Made by a program: the position numbers and the translations under genes. The notes under the pieces were generated by a model, which was given only the letters and a program-made list of their open reading frames with translations, was not told the DNA's origin and ran no database searches. Of a stretch of 64,000 nt of DNA, positions 57,303 through 64,000 are shown in pieces. Positions within the stretch are counted from its first letter, which is position 1; each line of letters starts with the position of its first letter. Origin of the DNA: an uncultured Candidatus Rokubacteria bacterium (lineage in GTDB: Bacteria > Methylomirabilota > Methylomirabilia > Rokubacteriales > DASRDR01); assembly GCA_963805625.1 (NCBI GenBank), contig CAWDVE010000011.1, forward strand, positions 1 to 64,000. Reading direction: 5' to 3'.

Positions 57303-58805
57303 CTACTCGGTCCACCACCCGCGCCCCGTCCACAAGGCGTGGCGTTCGCGCCGCGCAAGCTCCGCTAACTCGGCGGCCGTGTTCGGCGCGGCGGGGTCCA
57401 GAATGGCCATGGGCAGGCCCGAGGTGCGCCGCCGCGCCGCCAGCACCAAGGCCCCGGCGGCGGCATTGGCTAGGTCATCGTGGGCCCCCGGGGGGTGATC
57501 GATTTGGTCGCGCCCGCCACGGCCGGTGCGGCGCTCCAAGCGGCAGAGCTGGGTCACCACGCGGGGGTGGTCCAGTAGCGCGACCTGCTGCGAGGTGATG
57601 AGGGGCAGCAGGTCCCGGTACAGATCGGAACGCACCGTGTCCGCCACCTCATAGGCGATGCCGTGCCGGCGGAATGCCTCGCGCGGCCACTCGCCGGCGT
57701 AGCGATCGCCGACGACGGTCGTGACCTGGTAGGTGGACAACAACCGGGCAAAGTCCTCGACCACCGCTTCGGGGCTGAACGGGGGCCGGCGCTCGGCCAC
57801 GGCGTCGAGCGTGACCCGTCGATCGTCGGAGTGAGTGATGGCGAGGGTCATCGCGTCGGCCGCCCCGCCCGAGGGGTCGACGAACGCGATGTACTGCACG
57901 TCCGGCAGCGGGGCACGTTCGCGGCAGTCGACGTCGACGCAGGCGTCGATCGCCTCGCGCGTGAGGAATCCTTCGATGTCTCGGCGGAACTCCGCCCCGT
58001 ACTCGGCGGCCGCCGCACTCTCATCGGCGGCATAGGCGGCCCGCACCACGCCTGCATCCAACTGGGGGTTCATGACGCGGGACGGCGCTTGCCAGACCAG
58101 GACCGGATCACCCTCCTGGCCGTAGTGCTGCCGATAGGCCTCCCACAGCGCTCCGCGGCGTGCGTAGGGCGAGCTGATGCACAAGAGCAACGCGCCTGGC
58201 ACCGTAGCCATGGCGGGGCGCAATGCGGCGAGAATCTCGGTATCAGGGTTGGCGCTCTCGTCGGAACGCCAGAAGGCGATCTCGTCGCAGATCGCCGCGG
58301 CCACCGTGTACCCGCGCACGGCCCGGAAGCTTGCGGTGTGCACCTCGATCGTCACGCGACTAGTCAGGTGAATGGCTTCGGCCGTGCGGCGCTGAATGAG
58401 CGGCCGGAGGAGCGGGATGCTCTCGAAGAAACCTGCGATGTAGCGGAGTACCACCCGGGCCTGGCGTCGGTCGGCCGCAATCACCATGACCGTGGCTCGC
58501 TCGCCCGGAGCCAGCGACGAACGATAATCGCGGAAGCATGCGAGGTACACCGCCACGAGGGCGGCGATGCGGCTCTTCCCACCGCGTCGGCCAACGACGA
58601 ACCAGGCTTCACGTGCCGGTGTGGTCGGCCAACTGAGACGGCCAGTATGTGCGGTGTAGACGGCGACATCGTCGGCCGTCATGGGCAGACCGAATAGCGC
58701 CCGGAGCACTGTCCGCCACGCCCTCCAGGTCTCGTGAGAAGTGAACTGGCTGGCGAAGAGGTTGGGATCATCCAGGACGTCAAGGATGGTCAGCGTGGCG
58801 TTCAT
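57303..58805 (-). CDS. Phage terminase large subunit, copy B
   Basis: Same motifs as copy A; ATG at 58805; intact 500 aa. Confidence 0.9.
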   Translation of the reverse strand: MNATLTILDVLDDPNLFASQFTSHETWRAWRTVLRALFGLPMTADDVAVYTAHTGRLSWPTTPAREAWFVVGRRGGKSRIAALVAVYLACFRDYRSSLAPGERATVMVIAADRRQARVVLRYIAGFFESIPLLRPLIQRRTAEAIHLTSRVTIEVHTASFRAVRGYTVAAAICDEIAFWRSDESANPDTEILAALRPAMATVPGALLLCISSPYARRGALWEAYRQHYGQEGDPVLVWQAPSRVMNPQLDAGVVRAAYAADESAAAAEYGAEFRRDIEGFLTREAIDACVDVDCRERAPLPDVQYIAFVDPSGGAADAMTLAITHSDDRRVTLDAVAERRPPFSPEAVVEDFARLLSTYQVTTVVGDRYAGEWPREAFRRHGIAYEVADTVRSDLYRDLLPLITSQQVALLDHPRVVTQLCRLERRTGRGGRDQIDHPPGAHDDLANAAAGALVLAARRRTSGLPMAILDPAAPNTAAELAELARRERHALWTGRGWWTE

Positions 58806-59173
58806 AGCGTGGCCATGCCGGCACGCTGGGCGGGAAGGCGGGAAACGTATGGGCGCGGCGGGCCGACCGTGGTGCCGCACCCCCGGGCGGTTGGGGTGGA
58901 TGGGGTGGTTGCCGGGGGCACACGGGCCGGTCCACGCGCACCGCACGGCACCCCGGGGTGGCGTGGTGGGGCGCCCCCTGCGGGCCCCTGGGGGCTCTCC
59001 CCCGTCTCCACGTACCCGGCCGGGCACCCACCCCATGCGGCAAGAACGTAGACAAGGCGAGAGGGCGCCTTGGCGCCCACGTAGCGCCGCCGTGGCCCGG
59101 CCGGCACGGCGGGCGTGCCGGTTAACCCGTTAACGGCCCTAACCGGCGGCAGCGCCTCATGCCGTGTGTTCAC
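58802..59173 (-). CDS. Hypothetical Pro/Gly-rich protein coupled to TerS-like gene and TerL, copy B
   Basis: GTGA overlap at start and ATGA overlap at stop. Confidence 0.5.
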   Translation of the reverse strand: MNTRHEALPPVRAVNGLTGTPAVPAGPRRRYVGAKAPSRLVYVLAAWGGCPAGYVETGESPQGPAGGAPPRHPGVPCGARGPARVPPATTPSTPTARGCGTTVGPPRPYVSRLPAQRAGMATL

Positions 59174-59754
59174 GGGGTGGCTCTCTCTGATTCCGAATCG
59201 CGTGAGGTCGTCGTGGGCGCGAGAGACCCATCCGGAGGTTGTGCTGTTCGAGTAATGTCGGACGCGGTTCGACGCGAGAGATATTCGCGCAGGTCGAGAG
59301 GCTCCGGCGTGCGACGTTCTAGGCCCAACTGCCCGAGCAGCCGAGCGAGACTCTCGGCCAGCCGCTGCCGTTGCTCCACGAGGGGCAAGAGTCGACCTCG
59401 AAGCCGAGCACGCTTCATGATCAGCGACGGCTGCGACATCAGGAATGCGTCGACGTGATCGAGGTAGAGCCGCGTGCGCACCGCCATCTCCACCAGAGCG
59501 AGTCGGGCTGCCGAGATGGAGGGCTCGCCGCCAAGGTCGTCGAGCAACTCGCGACGGAAGTCGAGTAGGGTGCGTGCCGCCGTGGTGCGGCGGTCGATGG
59601 CGGCCAATCCCCGCACGGCCACGCGGCTTTTCAGGGCCCGTAGCCCCGTACGGGTACGGGCGGGTCCCCCCGGGGTACCGCCCGTAGTGCGGCCTTTGTG
59701 CTTTGGCAGCTCGGGTTTAGGCCCTACGGCGGGGTTGTGGGGCAAGGTCGGCAT
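59170..59754 (-). CDS. Putative terminase small subunit-like protein, copy B
   Basis: 194 aa; core nearly identical to copy A; upstream of TerL. Confidence 0.6.
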   Translation of the reverse strand: MPTLPHNPAVGPKPELPKHKGRTTGGTPGGPARTRTGLRALKSRVAVRGLAAIDRRTTAARTLLDFRRELLDDLGGEPSISAARLALVEMAVRTRLYLDHVDAFLMSQPSLIMKRARLRGRLLPLVEQRQRLAESLARLLGQLGLERRTPEPLDLREYLSRRTASDITRTAQPPDGSLAPTTTSRDSESERATP

Positions 59755-59807
59755 GCTAGGCCGCCTTTACCCGCCCACGTAGGGGTACGGTCAAGCTAAA
59801 GCGGGCG

Positions 59808-59882
59808 TGGCTCCAACGGGATTCGAACCCGTGTTTCAGCCTTGAGAGGGCCGTGTCCTAGGCCGGGCTAGACGATGGAGCC
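59808..59882 (-). tRNA. tRNA-Glu(CTC)
   Basis: GGCTCCATCGTCTAGCCCGGCCTAGGACACGGCCCT-CTC-AAGGCTGAAACACGGGTTCGAATCCCGTTGGAGCCA cloverleaf. Confidence 0.95.
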
Positions 59883-59912
59883 GGCACCACCACCCATAAC
59901 AAACAATGAAAA

Positions 59913-59986
59913 TGGCTGGGAGAGGAGGAGTCGAACCTCCGCTACGTGGTCCAGAGCCACGCGTCCTACCACTAGACGATCTCCCA
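59913..59986 (-). tRNA. tRNA-Gln(CTG)
   Basis: TGGGAGATCGTCTAGTGGTAGGACGCGTGGCT-CTG-GACCACG...GGTTCGACTCC...CCCAGCCA. Confidence 0.95.
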
Positions 59987-59996
59987 GCGCGCGGCC

Positions 59997-60025
59997 ATTG
60001 TAGCGGCCGGGCCCGGGGGCGTCAA
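59997..60025 (-). promoter_or_regulatory. Sigma70 promoter of the tRNA-Gln/tRNA-Glu operon
   Basis: TTGACG-17 bp-TACAAT, 10 bp upstream of tRNA-Gln. Confidence 0.85.
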
Positions 60026-60032
60026 GGAAGCG

Positions 60033-61397
60033 CATCGACTCAAAACTTCGGTTACCGAGAGAGGCCCCCCTGCTCAAAAGTCAGGGTTACCGAATCCACC
60101 CAGGAGGTGACGGTGACCCGAGCGAGCCTGCGGGAGTACGCGGCCAAGCAACGCGAGCGGGACCAAGGCGCCACCCGAGCCGAGAAGCACCGGCTGCTGG
60201 ACGAGGTGGTGGCCGTGACCGGCATCCACCGCAAAGCGGCCATCCGGCTGCTCCGCCGCGCGCCGCGGCCCCGGGCTCGGCCCGGGCCCGGCGGCCGCCC
60301 ACGCCGGTACGGGCCGGAGGTGGCCGCCGCCGCCGAGGTCCTCTGGCAGGCCAGTGGGCGGATCGGCGCCCACCGCCTCCAGCCCTTCGTGCCGGAACTC
60401 TTGGACCGCCTCCTCCGGTGCGGCGAACTCACCCTCGCCCCGGCGGTCGACAAGCTCGTGCGGCAGGCGAGCCGGCCGACCCTCGCCCGCCTGCTGGGCC
60501 CGGCCCGCGCGCAGTACCCGCTGCGCGGGGCCACGATCACGCGGCCCGGGACCGTGCTCCGGCACGAGATCCCGATCCGCACCTTCACCGAGTGGACCGA
60601 TGCCCGGCCCGGCTTCCTCGAAGTCGACCTCGTCGCCCACCGTGGCTCCAGCACCGAGGGCTTCTACCTGTGTACCCTTTGCGCGGTGGACATCGCGACC
60701 GCGTGGGTCGAGCTGGAGCCCGTCTGGGGCAAGGGCCAGATCCGCGTCGGGGGGGCCGTCGATCACGTCCGGACACGCCTGCCCATACCGATGCTCGGCC
60801 TGGACAGCGACAACGGCTCCGAGTTCATCAACCGCTCCCTGCGGGATTACTGCCGCCGCCACGGCGTGACCTTCACCCGCAGTCGCCCGTGGAAGAAGAA
60901 CGACAGTGCCCATGTCGAGCAGAAGAACGGCGCCGTCGTCCGGCAGCTCATCGGCTATGATCGCTTCGCCTCCCGGGCGGCCTATGCACAACTTACCCGC
61001 GTCTATCGCCTCGCCCGTCTGCACGTCAACTTCTTCCAACCCGTGGAGAAACTCGTGAGCAAGACCCGCCAGGGCGCTCGGAGCCGCCGGATCTACGATC
61101 GCGCCCAGACGCCCTACCAGCGCCTCTGCGCCGCTGGCGTCCTGGCGGCTGACGTCCGCCGTGAGCTCGACGCCCTCTACCAATCGCTCAACCCGCTCCA
61201 GCTCCGTCGGCAGCTCGAGCGCGAACTGGAGCGGCTCTGGACCCTCGCCGCACCCGACCCCCGCCGCGCCCCAGGCAATATCCAGCTAGCCACCCCCCCT
61301 GACGTCGCCTCCTGGAGGCTCCTAGACAATGGCTCTGGTAACCCTGAGTTTTGAGCTGACGAGAACCGGAGGGTAACCCTCAGTTATGAGCGGCGAC
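60033..61397 (+). mobile_element. IS element with rve-type DDE transposase (ISNCY-like; CDS ~60113-61354)
   Basis: EVDLVAH, DSDNGSEF, SRPWKKNDSAHVEQKN; CTCAAAA..CAGGGTTACC-like motif twice at each end, inverted. Exact ends are approximate. Confidence 0.85.
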
Positions 61398-61652
61398 GGG
61401 AAGGTGCCGCCAAGACGCGCCAATCGACGCCAGCACGCGAGGCTGAGGTCCCCGGAACCCGCCAGCCAAGGGCGCGCCAGCCCGACGTGGGCCGAGTCCG
61501 AGACGAACCCGCGTCACGACGCCCCTGACGCAGGCCATCCCCGTCCGGCTCGCCGCCAAGGCCCTCGGCACGGCGATCCCCGTCCAGCCCTCCCCGGCAA
61601 ACCCAGCGCGCCAGCGCCTCCCGCACCTCCCCCCTGGGGTAACATCCCCGCC

Positions 61653-62834
61653 ATGGCCGACAGCGCGGACGGCCGTCCCCACCCCCTCGACCGCGTCTGG
61701 CAGCTCGCCCCACTGATCGAGGCCTCCGCGGCCGAGGGCGAGCGAGCGCGCCGGCTGCCGGAACCCCTGGTCACGGCACTCGTCGACGCGGGGCTCTACC
61801 GCCTCCTCCTCCCCCGCTCGCTCGACGGGGCGGAGCTCGATCCCGCAACCTTCGTGCGCGTCCTGGAGCAGGTGAGCCGGGCGGACGCCAGCACCGCCTG
61901 GTGCCTCTGCCAGGCCGCGGGCTGCACCATGATCTCCGGGTACGTGGCGCCCGCCGTGGCGCAGGAGATCTTCGGCGACTGGCGGGCGATCCTGGCCTGG
62001 GGGCCGAGCCCCGATGGGCGCGCGGTCCCGGTCGACGGCGGCTACCGCGTGTCGGGTACCTTCACCTTCGCCAGCGGCTGCCGCCAGGCGACGTGGCTCG
62101 GCGGCCAGTGCACGATCTACGGGTCCGATGGCACAATGCGAAGACGGCCGGACGGATCCGCCGAGACGCGCTGGATGCTGTTTCCGGCTGCGCGCGCGAC
62201 CCTCTTCGACACCTGGAACGTGATCGGCCTCCGGGCGACGGGCAGCGACTCGTTCACAGCCTCGGACCTCTTCGTGCCGCGCGAGCACTCGGCGGCGCGG
62301 GACGACCCCGCGGAGCGCCGCGACGGCGGGCCTCTCTACTGCTTCCCGACGACGAGCCTTTACGCGTCGGGCTTCGCCGGGGTCGCCCTCGGCAACGCCC
62401 GGAGCGCGCTCGACGCCTTCGTCGCCCTCGCGCAGACGAAGACGCCGCGCGGGCTCCGCCAGCCGCTCCGCGAGAGCGCGGTGGTCCAGTCGAAGCTCGC
62501 CAGGACCGAAGCGCGGGTCGGTGCCGCCCGGGCGCTCCTCCTCGGCTCGCTGGAGGAGGTCTGGCGCGGCGTCGTGGAAACGGGCACGCTCGGGCTCGAC
62601 CAGCGCGTCCGGATCCGGATGGCGGCGACCCACGCGATCACCGAGGCGACGGCGGCCGTCGACTTCGCCTACCAGACGGCCGGCGCGACCGCGATCTTCG
62701 ACGAGAACCCCTTCGAGCGGCGCTTCCGGGACGCGCACACGGTGGCCCAGCAGGTGCAGGGCCGCCAGACGCACTTCGAGACCGTGGGCCGCTTCCTCCT
62801 GGGGCTCGAGCCCGACACGACGACTTTCCTGTAA
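61653..62834 (+). CDS. Acyl-CoA dehydrogenase-family flavin monooxygenase-like protein
   Basis: ADASTAW, FASGC..ATW, WNVIGLRATGS, ERRFRDAH. Confidence 0.88.
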   Translation: MADSADGRPHPLDRVWQLAPLIEASAAEGERARRLPEPLVTALVDAGLYRLLLPRSLDGAELDPATFVRVLEQVSRADASTAWCLCQAAGCTMISGYVAPAVAQEIFGDWRAILAWGPSPDGRAVPVDGGYRVSGTFTFASGCRQATWLGGQCTIYGSDGTMRRRPDGSAETRWMLFPAARATLFDTWNVIGLRATGSDSFTASDLFVPREHSAARDDPAERRDGGPLYCFPTTSLYASGFAGVALGNARSALDAFVALAQTKTPRGLRQPLRESAVVQSKLARTEARVGAARALLLGSLEEVWRGVVETGTLGLDQRVRIRMAATHAITEATAAVDFAYQTAGATAIFDENPFERRFRDAHTVAQQVQGRQTHFETVGRFLLGLEPDTTTFL

Positions 62835-63001
62835 GTCGCGCCCAGAACGTGCGACAGGCCTCCAGGTCGCATCAAGCAGCCAAGAACGTGCGACTGGTCT
62901 CCGAACCGCCCCGCGGCTATACTGGCGCCGCCTTGGCGCGCGCCACCGTCGCCCGCAGCGCGAGCTCCCCGGAACCCCCCGCCCAGAGGAGCTGGCTCCG
63001 C

Positions 63002-63492
63002 ATGCACGGCTTCGACTTCATCACCTATGGCCTCGCGGCCGCGGTCACGGTCGCCGCGTACCTCCGGGACCCGAGCTTGCCGGGCGTCGGCCTCCGCGCC
63101 GGCGGCCAGCTCCTCCTGGACGTCCTGCTGCGCCTGGTCGCCGCGCTCATCCTAACGGGGATGATCCAGCTAACGGGGATGATCCAGGCCATGATCTCGC
63201 CCGAGTGGATCCAGCACTGGCTCGGCCGGGGCTCGACCCACCGCGCCATCTTCCCCTCACACCGGGCGGGCTGCTGGTGAGCGTCCCGATCATGGCGGTC
63301 TTCTACAAGGGCGGCGCGTCCCTGTCGGCCCTCGTCGTCTACATGACGAGCTGGTCGCTCTTCGGGTTCCAGCGGGTGCTCGCGTGGGAGCTGCCGTTCA
63401 TGGGGACGCGCTTCCTCCTCGCGCGCGTGCTGCCGACGCTCGTGTTCCCGATCGTCGCGGGCTACCTCGTCCGCTTCATCTCTAACGACTAG
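63002..63492 (+). pseudogene. Permease (DUF318-like half), disrupted
   Basis: ISPEWIQHWLG and TPGGLLVSVPI in different frames; 18-bp tandem duplication. Confidence 0.65.
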
Positions 63493-63496
63493 CGCA

Positions 63497-64000
63497 ATGA
63501 GCTTTCTGGATCTGCGGGAGTTCATGCAGCTCCTGGAGGACCGGGGGCAGCTCCGCCGCGTCGGCGCGCCCGTCAAGCGCGAGCTCGAGATCACGGAGAT
63601 CGCCGACCGGCTCGTCAAGGGTCCGAAGGACCAGAACCACGCCCTCCTCTTCGAGCACGTCGAGGGCACCGCCATGCCGGTCCTGATCAATGCGTTCGGC
63701 ACCGAGGAGCGGATGGCGTGGGCCCTCGGGGTTAAGCGCCTCGACGAGCTCGGCGAGAAGATCAAGGGGCTCCTCGACCTCAAGATGCCGGGCTCGCTCC
63801 TCGACAAGATGCGGAAGGGGCTCGAGCTCCTCGACGTTGCCCGCGCAGGGCCGAAGTCGGTCAAGAGCGGCCCCTGCCAGGAGATCGTCGAGACCGACCG
63901 CCCCTCGGTCGCCGCGCTCCCGATCCTCTGGTGCTGGCCGAAGGACGCGGGCTACTACATCACCCTCCCACTCGTCATCACGCGGGACCCCGTCACTGGC
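63497..64000 (+). CDS. UbiD-family decarboxylase (partial, runs off window)
   Basis: MSFLDLREF...ELEITEIADR...ALLFE...PVLINAFG...LPILWCWPKDAG.YITLPLVITRDP. Confidence 0.9.
   Translation, partial: MSFLDLREFMQLLEDRGQLRRVGAPVKRELEITEIADRLVKGPKDQNHALLFEHVEGTAMPVLINAFGTEERMAWALGVKRLDELGEKIKGLLDLKMPGSLLDKMRKGLELLDVARAGPKSVKSGPCQEIVETDRPSVAALPILWCWPKDAGYYITLPLVITRDPVTG

Noticed and set aside
60113-61354. Integrase responsible for the tRNA-Glu island
   Set aside because: It is a DDE transposase with its own terminal repeats, outside the att-bounded region.

Overview
This is a high-GC bacterial window. The PF04392-type ABC substrate-binding paralogues, multi-GAF kinase and DZR-cyclase-AAA-TPR protein suggest Ca. 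Rokubacteria/Methylomirabilota (inference). Left to right: (i) 1-5440, a group 3b [NiFe]-hydrogenase operon with a cNMP-binding gene and ppsA, cut off abruptly at ~5440. (ii) 5440-17800, a defence cluster: truncated PHP/TrlF-like ABC ATPase, hsdM relic, type I R-M hsdMSR, M48 peptidase, stand-alone DCD-domain protein and EEP nuclease. (iii) Two diverged copies (17952-22973 and 56066-59853) of a compact phage-packaging module: TerS-like, ORF, TerL, basic peptide, HK97-type prohead protease, coiled-coil protein. Each copy sits immediately downstream of tRNA-Glu(CTC) sequence: an intact tRNA at 59808-59882 and a 46-bp att duplicate at 22928-22973. No capsid, portal, primase or integrase gene is recognisable. 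(iv) About 33 kb of mosaic cargo between the copies, with many IS91-family remnants and an IS256. (v) tRNA-Gln, a DDE IS and probable core genes (acyl-CoA dehydrogenase-like, permease, UbiD). Many single-base frameshifts in otherwise intact genes suggest long-read consensus error. The best candidate for an undescribed system is the tandem tRNA-Glu-targeting, capsid-less terminase/protease element. All family assignments come from motif recognition; no database search was run.
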